Notes: generated from the letters alone by a model not told the origin. A DNA stretch of 64,000 nt from an uncultured Anaerolineales bacterium (GCA_964521085.1 CAZFPL010000001.1:35469-99468); one strand, 5' to 3'. Counted from the first letter of the stretch, positions 1 to 8,772 are shown. Numbers and translations are program-made.

Positions 1-696
1 CAGCGTCCCGATCCGCACCGGCCGGCGCGAACCGATGCGCTCCTCGATGATGTCGAGCATACGCTCGGTCGCTTTGCGCTTGGTGCGCACCTTGGCGATC
101 GCCTCCACTTTGCCTTCGTGAAGCGTGAGCAGCGGTTTCATGTTCAAAGCCGTTCCCAGAAATGCCGCCGCGCCGCCGATCCGTCCTCCGCGGTGAAGAA
201 ATTCCAGCGTGTCCACGACGAAGATCACGCCGCTGCATTCCACCGCCCGGCGGGCGGCCTGCGCGGCTTCCGCCAATCCGGCGCCGCTTTGCACGGCCCG
301 GGCGGCCGTGAGCGCGCAGAATCCCAATGCCATCGCCGTGGTGAGCGTGTCCACGATCTCAATCGAAGCGCCGGGAAAGGCCGCTTTGGCCTGAACCGCG
401 GAATCCACCGTGCCGGAAAGCTTGCTCGATATGAGCACCGCCAGGATGGAATCGCCGGCCGCGACGATCGGAGCGAAAACTTTCTTGAACTCGTCGGGGG
501 TCGTTTGCGACGTGGAAGGCATTACTTTGGCTGTTTTCAGACGCTTGTAAAATTCCGGCGGGGTGATTTCCACGCCGTCGAGGAATGTTTCGTTTCCCCA
601 GACTACCGTCAGCGGAACTATCTGCAATCCATGCTGCGTAACGAGCGGAGCGGGAATATAGGCGGTACTGTCCGTGATGACAACGGTTTTTCCCAT
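1..696 (-). CDS. DegV family fatty-acid-binding protein (3' end runs off the window)
   Basis: Manual translation from ATG at 696: MGKTVVITDSTAYIP...STSQTTP...SSKLSGT...DTLEFLHRGGRIG; GGAGGG ribosome-binding site upstream; close paralogue of 2264..3112. Confidence 0.9.
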   Translation of the reverse strand, partial: MGKTVVITDSTAYIPAPLVTQHGLQIVPLTVVWGNETFLDGVEITPPEFYKRLKTAKVMPSTSQTTPDEFKKVFAPIVAAGDSILAVLISSKLSGTVDSAVQAKAAFPGASIEIVDTLTTAMALGFCALTAARAVQSGAGLAEAAQAARRAVECSGVIFVVDTLEFLHRGGRIGGAAAFLGTALNMKPLLTLHEGKVEAIAKVRTKRKATERMLDIIEERIGSRRPVRIGTL

Positions 697-903
697 GCTG
701 TCCCTCCAAACGGAAAAAAGGTGGTTGGATCGGATTAAACCGTGCCGCGGAATGCAAACGCGGCCCGGCGCCGCTTTCAACAGTAGAAACACTCTTCCCG
801 GGCGGTTGGATGCGCGGATTGTTTTCACGGCTTGACTCTCCCGCAACGGGAGGGTGTACATTGCCTTTCCCATGCATCCGCATGAGGTTAAAGGAGAGGA
901 AAA

Positions 904-1968
904 ATGGAGAAATCGACCGTGAAACTGATCAGCCTGCCCCATAAGGTCTGCGGCCTAACCTGCATGATCAATGGCCTGGAAGACCTGTACGAGCAAAAGA
1001 CGGGCGTCCGCCCGCCCGACTGGCTGTTTTTGCACCTGAGCGGCTTATTGGGGTTCGTCTACATTAAGAATATGAACGCGCCCGCGCCGCGCATGGTTTT
1101 CTGGGGGATGCAGATCGCCAAATATCAATATGCGGAATTGGCGGACGTTGTCGGATTCCGGTGGCAAATGGCGTCAAACCGGGGGTTCCCGTATACGCTT
1201 CAGCGTGTCCGGAAGTCCATCGACGAAGGCACCCCCGCCATCCTGGGCGCTTTGGATATGTTTCATCTGCCCTACTACGGCCGGTTCTATCATAAAATCC
1301 ATGTGCCGATTCATCACGTGCTGATGGTGGGATACGACGACGAACGGGATGCCGCGCTCGTGCTCGATTGTGACCGGCCGGAGGTGCAGAGGGTTCCCTA
1401 TCCGGACCTGGAAGCGGCCTGGAACATCGACAACCCCGGCCTGGGGAAAAAGAACACCTTCTACACTTTTGAATTCCGGAATCGCCCTGCCGGGGTTGAG
1501 ACGATCGCCCGCCGGGGGTTGTCGAAACGGGCTGCGGCGATGCTCGAAGCGCCGGTGGGCATGTTGGGGATCAAGGGGATGCGTAAACTGGCCCGCGAGC
1601 TTCCCCATTGGCCGTCCGAGCTTGGACCCAAAGGGCTGGAAATCTCGCTCCGGCATCTGGCCGAGTTTACCGGTTTTCCCCCCGTGCCGCCGAACCGCCT
1701 TACGGGGTATGCCGCCCCGGATAATCACCGCGGCGGGCGCGAGGTCTTCGCCGGGCTGTTGCGGCGTCTGGCGGACCAGTACGCCGAGCCTTCCTGGGCG
1801 AAGGCGGCGGGATTGTTCGACCGTTCGGGTCAGGGGTTGGAAAAAGTGACTGACGCGGTCGTGGATTTTCTCCTGAAGAAGAACGACACCCTCGACAGCG
1901 CCGCTGACATCATTTCGGAAATTGCAGACCATGAAGAGCGGGCATTTCAAATCATTCGCTATGGATAG
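904..1968 (+). CDS. BtrH N-terminal/DUF4872-like papain-fold (C39-like) peptidase homologue
   Basis: 354 aa with Cys (GLTC), His (HHVLMVGYD) and Asp (VLDCD) at papain-like triad positions; AAGGAG SD upstream. Confidence 0.7.
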   Translation: MEKSTVKLISLPHKVCGLTCMINGLEDLYEQKTGVRPPDWLFLHLSGLLGFVYIKNMNAPAPRMVFWGMQIAKYQYAELADVVGFRWQMASNRGFPYTLQRVRKSIDEGTPAILGALDMFHLPYYGRFYHKIHVPIHHVLMVGYDDERDAALVLDCDRPEVQRVPYPDLEAAWNIDNPGLGKKNTFYTFEFRNRPAGVETIARRGLSKRAAAMLEAPVGMLGIKGMRKLARELPHWPSELGPKGLEISLRHLAEFTGFPPVPPNRLTGYAAPDNHRGGREVFAGLLRRLADQYAEPSWAKAAGLFDRSGQGLEKVTDAVVDFLLKKNDTLDSAADIISEIADHEERAFQIIRYG

Positions 1969-2018
1969 CGCGGTGCGGAGCAGGGCAGGATCGGCCGTTC
2001 TCCGGCCCGATCACACAT

Positions 2019-2052
2019 GCGCCCGATCCGGTTTGGATCGGGCGCTGTTTTT
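2019..2052 (+). terminator. Probable intrinsic terminator
   Basis: Perfect 11-bp stem GCGCCCGATCC/GGATCGGGCGC followed by TGTTTTT, 50 bp after the stop at 1968. Confidence 0.6.
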
Positions 2053-2263
2053 CGCCGTGCGCGATTCCTTTATCTCTATTATTGGTTGGGTAAAATTGTT
2101 GGCCGGATCTGTTTTGAGAGGTCAGATCCCTGTGTAAAAGGCGATGCCGATTGTTCCCGGGCCGACCCCCGCTTCGCATCCAGGTTGCCGTCAAAAACCT
2201 ATGCCGATGGCAACATGCTTCGCGGGGGCAAGCCTGCACTCCGGAATGATCGTTTCCCCTTAA

Positions 2264-3112
2264 CTAAATCCCGGCACAGAAGGCAATCCCTATCGTTCCC
2301 GGACCGACATGCGTTCCAATAGCCGGGCTGACTTCACTGAGGAAGCACTCATCCGGATGGAACCGGTCTTGCGCGGCTTTCATCAGTGCCTTCGCTTCTT
2401 CCGGGGCTGCAGCATGCAGCGGGCTGAGCCGCAGCGGACGCCGTCCCCTGATTTGTTCCTCGACTATATCCAGCATCCGCTCCGTGGCTTTGCCTTTTGT
2501 CCGCACGCTCTCCAGCGCTTCCACCTTGCCGTCCTGTACCGTTAAGATCGGTTTCAGGTTCAGGGCCGTGCCTAGAAACCGCTTTGCGCCGCCGATCCGC
2601 CCGCCGCGGTGCAGGAACTCAAGGGTGTCGACCACAAAAAGCACGTTGGTGCATTCAATGGCCTGACGGGCAACCTTCGCCGCCTCCGCCATTCCGGCGC
2701 CGGATTGCACGGCGCGCGCCGCGGCGAGGGCGATAAACCCGAGAGCCATCGCCGAACTGAGGGAATCCACCACCTCGATCGGAGCGGAGGGCATCGCCTT
2801 TTTTACCTGCATCGCGGAATCGATCGTACCGGAGAGTTTGCTGGAGATAAATACTCCCAGAATGGATTTTCCTTCCGCCAGGAACGGGGAGAAAATAATC
2901 GAGAATTCCTCAGGCGTCGTCTGGGAGGTGGTGGGTATTGATTTTGAATTTTTCAACCGGGCATAGAACTCCGTCGGGGTGATGTCCACCCCGTCGTGCA
3001 GGGTTTTTCCGTCCCAGATCACAGCCAGCGGTGCGACCTGCATGCCGTATTTCTTTGTTAGCTCTGGCGGGATATATGCGGTACTGTCCGTGACTACCAC
3101 GACTTTTTCCAT
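2264..3112 (-). CDS. DegV family protein
   Basis: True start MEKVVVVTDSTAYIP at 3112 with GGAGG SD; STSQ, SGT, GGRIG and C-terminal HVGPGTIG DegV motifs. Confidence 0.93.
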   Translation of the reverse strand: MEKVVVVTDSTAYIPPELTKKYGMQVAPLAVIWDGKTLHDGVDITPTEFYARLKNSKSIPTTSQTTPEEFSIIFSPFLAEGKSILGVFISSKLSGTIDSAMQVKKAMPSAPIEVVDSLSSAMALGFIALAAARAVQSGAGMAEAAKVARQAIECTNVLFVVDTLEFLHRGGRIGGAKRFLGTALNLKPILTVQDGKVEALESVRTKGKATERMLDIVEEQIRGRRPLRLSPLHAAAPEEAKALMKAAQDRFHPDECFLSEVSPAIGTHVGPGTIGIAFCAGI

Positions 3113-3258
3113 GGCTGTCCTCCAGGGTGTAAGACCTCGATTTCCAGGTATTATACCGGACAGGCGGGTATTCGGAAGTGAGGAAAGACAGGCTGTGGGA
3201 GTGATAACATGCTTCGTTTTGCATGGCAGGCTCCCGTTATGCGCCGGGAAATCCGCTG

Positions 3259-3288
3259 TTGACGGTTCTCTCCCGGCTACCGTACAAT
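3259..3288 (+). promoter_or_regulatory. Sigma70-like promoter for the thiS/ttuA operon
   Basis: TTGACG (3259-3264), 18-bp spacer, TACAAT (3283-3288); ATG follows 7 bp later. Confidence 0.55.
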
Positions 3289-3295
3289 GCCCCGC

Positions 3296-3505
3296 ATGGA
3301 AACTCAGGTCCCGAAAACCATCCTTCTTCACCGCGGAAAACGGTTTGAAGTCCGTAGTGGAACCACCTTGCGCGACGCCATCCGTAAAATCGGTCTCTCC
3401 CCCGAAGCCATTCTGGCCGCCAGGAACGGCGAACTCATCACCGACGACCGGATCCTGCTCGCGGGCGAGGAAATTCATCTCATCTCGGTGATTTCCGGAG
3501 GCTGA
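3296..3505 (+). CDS. ThiS/MoaD-like ubiquitin-fold sulfur carrier (TtuB-like)
   Basis: About 69 aa ending in VISGG; directly upstream of a TtuA-family gene; alternative start at 3287. Confidence 0.85.
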   Translation: METQVPKTILLHRGKRFEVRSGTTLRDAIRKIGLSPEAILAARNGELITDDRILLAGEEIHLISVISGG

Positions 3506-3507
3506 GG

Positions 3508-4497
3508 ATGAAGTGCCGCAAATGCGGGATTCCGGCCGCGATCAACATGCGCCAGCACAAACTGGCGTTGTGCCGTGCGCACTTCCTGGATTGGCTTCCG
3601 GAGCAGACGGAACGGGCGATCGAGCATTATAAAATGTTCGCGCGCGGGGAGAAGATCCTCGTCGCCGTAAGCGGGGGGAAGGATTCGCTCACCCTGTGGG
3701 ATGTGCTGCACCGGCTGGGGTACGCGGTCGACGGACTCTACATCGACCTGGGAGTCGACGAGCGGATCGGATATTCGGCGAAATCTCGCGCGCTGTGCGA
3801 AGGTTTTGCCGCCGCGCACGGGCTGCGGCTGCAGGTGGTCAGCGTGCCGCAGGAATACGGCGCGTCGATCCCCGAGGCGGCGCACCGGACGACGCGGGGC
3901 AAACATAAGCCCTGCTCGGTGTGCGGGCTGGTCAAACGCCATATCATGAACCGGATCTGCCGCGATCAGGAGTATGCCGCCCTGGCGACGGGGCACAACC
4001 TCGATGACGAAGCCGCGGTGCTCATGCACAACGCCATGACCTGGTCCGGGGGGTACCTCGCGCGGCAGTCCCCGGTCCTGCCCGCCACGCGCCCCGGGCT
4101 GGCGCGCAAGGTCAAGCCGTTTTGCCGGATCTACGAGCGCGAAACGGCGGCCTACGCCTTGATGCAAAAGATCGATTACATCTACGAGGAATGCCCGTTC
4201 TCCGAGGGCTCGTCCACGCTCTATTACAAAGACATCCTGAACCGGATCGAGGAAGACCGGCCGGGAGCGAAACTTCAGTTTTATCTTTCGTTCCTGCAAG
4301 CCAAGGACCAGGGTTTGTTCGCCCCCGGCGTATCCGGGGAAACGGACCTGCACGATTGCCCCTCCTGCACCCAGCCGACTTCCGCGCCGGGCAAATGCGC
4401 GTTTTGCAGATTGTGGGAAAGCCTCACCCTTAACTCCCCTTCTCCCGGCATCAGCCGGGAGAAGGGGTTGGGGGATGAGGGGGATAGGAGCATATGA
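3508..4497 (+). CDS. ttuA: tRNA 2-thiolation protein, TtuA/TIGR00269 (PP-loop ATPase) family
   Basis: N-terminal CxxC..C..H zinc finger, SGGKDS PP-loop, CSVC, GHNLDDE, CPF and C-terminal CxxC..CxxC; the last ~20 aa are read from a palindromic repeat. Confidence 0.85.
   Translation: MKCRKCGIPAAINMRQHKLALCRAHFLDWLPEQTERAIEHYKMFARGEKILVAVSGGKDSLTLWDVLHRLGYAVDGLYIDLGVDERIGYSAKSRALCEGFAAAHGLRLQVVSVPQEYGASIPEAAHRTTRGKHKPCSVCGLVKRHIMNRICRDQEYAALATGHNLDDEAAVLMHNAMTWSGGYLARQSPVLPATRPGLARKVKPFCRIYERETAAYALMQKIDYIYEECPFSEGSSTLYYKDILNRIEEDRPGAKLQFYLSFLQAKDQGLFAPGVSGETDLHDCPSCTQPTSAPGKCAFCRLWESLTLNSPSPGISREKGLGDEGDRSI
4422..4480. repeat. CCCCT(C/T)CTCCC-type palindromic element, copy 1
   Basis: CCTCACCC..CCCCTTCTCCCGGC-ATCA-GCCGGGAGAAGGGG..GGGGATGAGG; related copies at 9829, 10980, 14343, 59807. 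Confidence 0.8.
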
Positions 4498-5189
4498 AAC
4501 AAATCAGGTTCTTTCCGCTCGTCACCGCCGTTTTCGTCACCGCACTGATCGTTTCGAATATCGTCGCCGTCAAGCAGATCCAAATCGGGCCCTTCAAACT
4601 CACGGCGGCGCTGCTCATCTTCTCGGTGTCGTACATTTTCGGGGACGTGCTTACCGAAGTGTATGGATATGCCAAGGCGCGGCAGGTGATTTGGATCGGA
4701 TTCGGCTGCAACCTGCTGGCGGTGCTGGCGTTTATCTCGGCCGGGGCGCTTCCCGCTTCCTCTACCTGGGCGCTGCCGGGATACGATTCGCCCCAGGCTT
4801 CGCAAGCGGCCTACGATGCCATCCTCGGGTATACGCCGCTGATCCTCCTGGCTTCGTTCGCCGCTTACCTGGTCGGTGAATTCATTAATTCGTACGTGCT
4901 GGCCAAGATGAAGGTTTGGACCGGCGGGCGTCGCTTGTGGATGCGGACAATCGGTTCCACATTCGTGGCCCAGATTGCGGATACGGGGATTTTCATTGGG
5001 ATTATCGCGCTCGGCGGGCTGGTCGCTCCCGGCGATGTGCTGCCGATCATGCTCGGCGAATGGCTCTCCAAGATCGCCTATGAAGTGCTGGCCACGCCGG
5101 TCACCTATCAGATTGTGAACTGGCTTAAGCGGAAAGAGAACGAAGATTATTACGACCGGGATACGAATTTCACCCCGTTTGAATTCTAG
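4494..5189 (+). CDS. yhhQ: Queuosine precursor transporter (VUT/YhhQ family)
   Basis: SNIVAVK, YIFGDVLTEVYG, RTIGSTFVAQIADT and C-terminal DRDTNFTPF motifs; multiple TM helices. Confidence 0.92.
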   Translation: MKQIRFFPLVTAVFVTALIVSNIVAVKQIQIGPFKLTAALLIFSVSYIFGDVLTEVYGYAKARQVIWIGFGCNLLAVLAFISAGALPASSTWALPGYDSPQASQAAYDAILGYTPLILLASFAAYLVGEFINSYVLAKMKVWTGGRRLWMRTIGSTFVAQIADTGIFIGIIALGGLVAPGDVLPIMLGEWLSKIAYEVLATPVTYQIVNWLKRKENEDYYDRDTNFTPFEF

Positions 5190-5196
5190 ACCTTCG

Positions 5197-6087
5197 ATGA
5201 TGGAAAAAATACCTTCCATGCCGGTGAGTTTGACACTTATCGCATGGTTGCTTGCCGGCTGCGGAGGGACACCCAAATCCTCGGCTTCGGGGGAAACACC
5301 GGCCGGCATCTCCATTGCGGAGACGGCGCCCATTCCATCCGTAACCCTCTCCGAGATGCCTGCCGCCGAGGTGACGCAGAAACCATCCGCCGTGGATTCC
5401 GGATGGGAGTCCCTTGGCAGCGGATTGGAACGGCGGCGCATTACACTCCAGGATGCCGCGCGGACTGTGGTCGAAGAGATCATCCTCCTGCGGATCGACC
5501 CGGTTGTGTTTTCCTTCGACGTCGCCTATGATCCGCAGGGAAAGGAACTGGATGCCTGGCAATCCTCGACCGGCGCGGAGGTTGTCGTCAACGGAGGATA
5601 CTTCCGCAAAGAGCAGGGGGTGTTTGTGCCGGATGGTCTGATCGTTGCCGGCGGAAAGGTTTTCGGCGAGAGCTACGGGGATTTTGCCGGTATGCTGGCT
5701 GTCCGCGACACCGGCCCCGAAGTGCGTTGGTTGAAACTCCGGCCGTATGACCCGCAGGAACCGCTTCAAGCCGCCGTCCAATCCTTTCCGGTTTTACTCA
5801 AGCCGGGCGGTCAAATCGGCTTTCCGGAGGAAAGCGAGGATTACATCAGCGCGAGGCGCACGGTGGTCGGGCAGGACCGGACCGGGAGGATCGTTTTCCT
5901 GATCGCCTCCCGGGGATATTTCACCCTGCGCCGGCTCAGCGTGTACCTGTATGAATCCGATCTCGATTTGGACGTCGCGCTGAATTTGGACGGCGGACCG
6001 TCGAGCGGGGTGTTGATTGCCGATCCGCGGGAGACCGTCCCTGCGGAATCCATTCTGCCGATCGTGATAACGGTCCGACGAAAATAA
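5197..6087 (+). CDS. Phosphodiester glycosidase (NAGPA-like) family lipoprotein
   Basis: Lipobox LLAGC, VNGGYF, ARRTVVG, ALNLDGGPSS motifs. Confidence 0.8.
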   Translation: MMEKIPSMPVSLTLIAWLLAGCGGTPKSSASGETPAGISIAETAPIPSVTLSEMPAAEVTQKPSAVDSGWESLGSGLERRRITLQDAARTVVEEIILLRIDPVVFSFDVAYDPQGKELDAWQSSTGAEVVVNGGYFRKEQGVFVPDGLIVAGGKVFGESYGDFAGMLAVRDTGPEVRWLKLRPYDPQEPLQAAVQSFPVLLKPGGQIGFPEESEDYISARRTVVGQDRTGRIVFLIASRGYFTLRRLSVYLYESDLDLDVALNLDGGPSSGVLIADPRETVPAESILPIVITVRRK

Positions 6088-6097
6088 TCCGCCGGTG

Positions 6098-6982
6098 CTA
6101 CTCCACGACGGCGACTTGCGTTCTGTGCGAGTGATACCCTTCCACGGCAAACAGTATCAACGCCAGCCAGATTATTCCAAACCCGATCAATCGCTCCGTC
6201 GTCAGCGGTTCGTCGTATATCAACACGCCGATCAGGAAATACATCGTGGGCGCGATGTATTGCAGGACGCCGATCAGGAACAGCGTGATCCGCTGGGTCG
6301 CCGCGGCGAACATCAGCAGGGGGATCGCCGTGACCACGCCCGCTCCGATCATCAGGAGGTTTGACCATGCGCCGGAGTGAAGGAAGGCGCCCTGGCCCGT
6401 GGTCTCCACATATACCAGGTAGGCAAGCGCCGGAAGGAATAGGATCATCGTCTCCAGCGTCACGCTGTGGAGTGAATTAAGCGGCGCCACTTTCTGCACG
6501 AATCCATAGATCCCGAAGGAAAGCGCCAGGGTCAGTCCGATCCAGGGGAAATACCCGTAGGCGAAGGTCAGGTAGAGCATACCGGCTGCGGCCAGCCCGA
6601 TCGGGATCCATTGAAACGGTCGCAGGCGCTCGCGGAGGATCACCACCCCAAGCAGCATGGAGAGCAGCGGATTGATGAAATATCCCAGGCTGGTCTCCAC
6701 GATGTATCCGGCGTTGACCGCCCAGACGTAGGTCAGCCAGTTGATCGCCAGGAACACCGCCGCGATGCCGTAGACGAGCAGGATGCGTGGCGAGGAGATC
6801 TCGGAACGGAAGGCCTTGCCCTGGCGGAGCAGAAGTACGAGGATGATCATGAAGACGAACGACCACACGATGCGGTGGCCGAGCAGCTGCAGCGCCGGGA
6901 CGTGCTGAAGCGCCTTCCAATACATGGGGAAGAGGCCCCAGGTGAAATAGGCGCCGACCGCGTACCAGAAACCCTTATTCAT
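6098..6982 (-). CDS. rarD: EamA/DMT transporter, RarD family
   Basis: YFTWGLFPMYWK, HRIVWS, SLGYFINPL, LQYIAPT; about 10 TM helices. Confidence 0.92.
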   Translation of the reverse strand: MNKGFWYAVGAYFTWGLFPMYWKALQHVPALQLLGHRIVWSFVFMIILVLLLRQGKAFRSEISSPRILLVYGIAAVFLAINWLTYVWAVNAGYIVETSLGYFINPLLSMLLGVVILRERLRPFQWIPIGLAAAGMLYLTFAYGYFPWIGLTLALSFGIYGFVQKVAPLNSLHSVTLETMILFLPALAYLVYVETTGQGAFLHSGAWSNLLMIGAGVVTAIPLLMFAAATQRITLFLIGVLQYIAPTMYFLIGVLIYDEPLTTERLIGFGIIWLALILFAVEGYHSHRTQVAVVE

Positions 6983-7295
6983 GCACTTTGCTCCCGTCCA
7001 TCATTCGTTTCTCCACGCTGGCGATTTTCTCTTCCATCGTCTGATCCCGGTCGGTGCGCGTCCCGATTTTCAGCGTGGTGAAGATCCGCGGCGCGCCCAT
7101 CTGGTGGACGGTTTCGTGGCAGCGTTTGACCGCCGCAAAAACCGCATCCCATTCCCCTTCCAGGTTGGTGCCGTTGGCGTGCAGCTGGATTTTTAATCCT
7201 GCGTCGCGCAGGATCTTTTCGCATGCGGCGACGTACGGGCTAAGCGATACGCCGGCGCCGATGGGAACAATCGTGAAATCCGCGATCACCTTCAT
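6975..7295 (-). CDS. MTH1187/YkoF-like thiamine-binding protein
   Basis: MKVIADFTIVPIG..SLSPYVA..HANGTNLEGEW..GTRTDR; GGAGG SD upstream of the ATG at 7295. Confidence 0.88.
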   Translation of the reverse strand: MKVIADFTIVPIGAGVSLSPYVAACEKILRDAGLKIQLHANGTNLEGEWDAVFAAVKRCHETVHQMGAPRIFTTLKIGTRTDRDQTMEEKIASVEKRMMDGSKVHE

Positions 7296-7313
7296 AACGA
7301 CCTCCAATTTCCA

Positions 7314-7377
7314 TAAAACCTTTTTACTGCAAAGCCCGCCCTCGGTGGTCGGGCCGGGGGGCGCAAAGGGCGCAAAG
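7314..7377. repeat. Left arm of nonamer (CGCAAAGnn) inverted-repeat element bracketing the GxxExxY gene
   Basis: TAAAACCTTTTTACTGCAAAG-[24-nt GC hairpin]-CGCAAAGGGCGCAAAG; reverse complement nearly identical to 8711-8762 and 54806-54868. Confidence 0.85.
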
Positions 7378-7390
7378 AAAATTTTTGGAA

Positions 7391-7768
7391 TTATAAATTA
7401 TTCACCATCCGACGTATTCCGTCCTTTATCAGCCTGACATTCCAATTTATCAGAAAACCCAACCGGCAATCCCGCATGCGGAGATAGGTTAATAACTGGG
7501 CTTCGTGCAGCGGAAGCAGCATTTCAACAGATTTATTCTCGATAATAACAGAATTCTCGACGATCATATCCAAGCGATATCCGGGGATGATATTTAGAGT
7601 TCCGTATTTGATCGGCTGATCCACCTCGCTATCAACGTGAAGCCCTCGTTGCCGTAATTCGTGTGCCAGACATGTCTGATATGTAGATTCCAATAATCCC
7701 GGCCCAAGCGCTCGATGGACTTTTACCGATGCATCGACTATCTGTTTGCCGATCTGTTCAATATCCAT
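7391..7768 (-). CDS. GxxExxY protein (PD-(D/E)xK nuclease fold)
   Basis: GPGLLESTY motif, RLD..IIENK catalytic pattern, HEAQLLTYL; 125 aa; AT-richer than its flanks. Confidence 0.92.
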   Translation of the reverse strand: MDIEQIGKQIVDASVKVHRALGPGLLESTYQTCLAHELRQRGLHVDSEVDQPIKYGTLNIIPGYRLDMIVENSVIIENKSVEMLLPLHEAQLLTYLRMRDCRLGFLINWNVRLIKDGIRRMVNNL

Positions 7769-7796
7769 GTTCTCCCCCTTTTTCAATATTATAAAT

Positions 7797-7834
7797 CTTT
7801 GCGTTCTTTGTGGCTTTGCGGTGATAAGGTTTTA
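7797..7834. repeat. Right arm of the nonamer inverted-repeat element
   Basis: CTTTGCGTTCTTTGTGGCTTTGCGGTGATAAGGTTTTA; ends in the TAA stop of the ZIP gene. Confidence 0.75.
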
Positions 7835-8641
7835 CCCCAGCGCCACGTCCAACACCATCATCAGCACAAATCCCAGCATCGCGCCGATCGTCGCCGGATC
7901 GGTGTTCTTCTCGGATTGGGATTCCGGGATAAGCTCCTCGATCACGACGTAGATCATCGCGCCGGCGGCGAAGGCGAGGGCGTACGGAAGCAGCGGCCGG
8001 ACGAGGAGAACGGCGGTCGCGCCGAGCACCGCCGCAATCGGTTCCACAATCCCGGAAAGCTGCCCGTACCAGAAGGATCGCATCCGCGACATCCCTTCCC
8101 GCCGCAGCGGAATGGATACGGCGGCTCCCTCCGGAAAATTCTGCAGCCCGATCCCGAGTGCGAGTGCGACAGCCCCGGCGAGCGAGGCGGCGGGCAGCCC
8201 TGCGCCCACTGCGCCGAAGGCAACCCCGACCGCGAGTCCTTCGGGGATGTTATGCAGTGTGATGGCCAGAACCAGCAGGATCGAACGCTGCCAGCCGGTG
8301 CGGATGCCCTCGGCGTCCTCGATCGGTAGGCCGAGGTGCAGGTGCGGCAGGATCCGGTCCGCGCCCCACAGGAAGGCGCCGCCCAGGAGAAAGCCGACGG
8401 CTACGGGAATCCATTCCGGCAGCGGCCCCTCGGCGGCCATCTCGAGGGCGGGGGAAAGCAGCGACCAGAAGGAAGCGGCGATCATCACCCCGGCGGCGAA
8501 TCCGAGCATCGAGTTGAGCAGCCGGCGGTTCACCGAGCGGAAGAGAAAGACCATGGCGGCGCCCAGCGCGGTGACGAGCCAGGTGAAAAGGGTTCCCAGC
8601 AGGGCCTGGAGGATCGGGGAGAGCGAAGAGAACCATTCCAT
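7832..8641 (-). CDS. ZIP family divalent metal transporter (ZupT/GufA-like)
   Basis: [52 protein letters not shown]. Confidence 0.93.
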   Translation of the reverse strand: MEWFSSLSPILQALLGTLFTWLVTALGAAMVFLFRSVNRRLLNSMLGFAAGVMIAASFWSLLSPALEMAAEGPLPEWIPVAVGFLLGGAFLWGADRILPHLHLGLPIEDAEGIRTGWQRSILLVLAITLHNIPEGLAVGVAFGAVGAGLPAASLAGAVALALGIGLQNFPEGAAVSIPLRREGMSRMRSFWYGQLSGIVEPIAAVLGATAVLLVRPLLPYALAFAAGAMIYVVIEELIPESQSEKNTDPATIGAMLGFVLMMVLDVALG

Positions 8642-8655
8642 GATCCAGTACCTCC

Positions 8656-8762
8656 AAAAACCTTTTTACCGTAAAGACGCAAAGGGCGCCAAGAATTAAA
8701 ATTTAAAAACCTTTGCGCCCTTTGCGCCCCCCGGCCCGACCACCGAGGGCGGGCTTTGCGGT
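8656..8762. repeat. Empty nonamer inverted-repeat element
   Basis: AAAAACCTTTTTACCGTAAAGACGCAAAGGGCGCCAAG, 17-nt AT spacer, then CTTTGCGCCCTTTGCG..CTTTGCGGT. Confidence 0.85.
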
Positions 8763-8772
8763 GATGTTTTTC

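Noticed and set aside
832-862. TTGACT..TACATT promoter for the BtrH-like gene
   Set aside because: The 19-bp spacer is outside the usual range, so it is too weak to call.
2264-3478. Extended N-termini in the ORF track (DegV, HypD, HypB, AGE, AtpD, response regulator and others)
   Set aside because: Family homology and SD sites point to internal starts; several extensions simply read through repeat elements.
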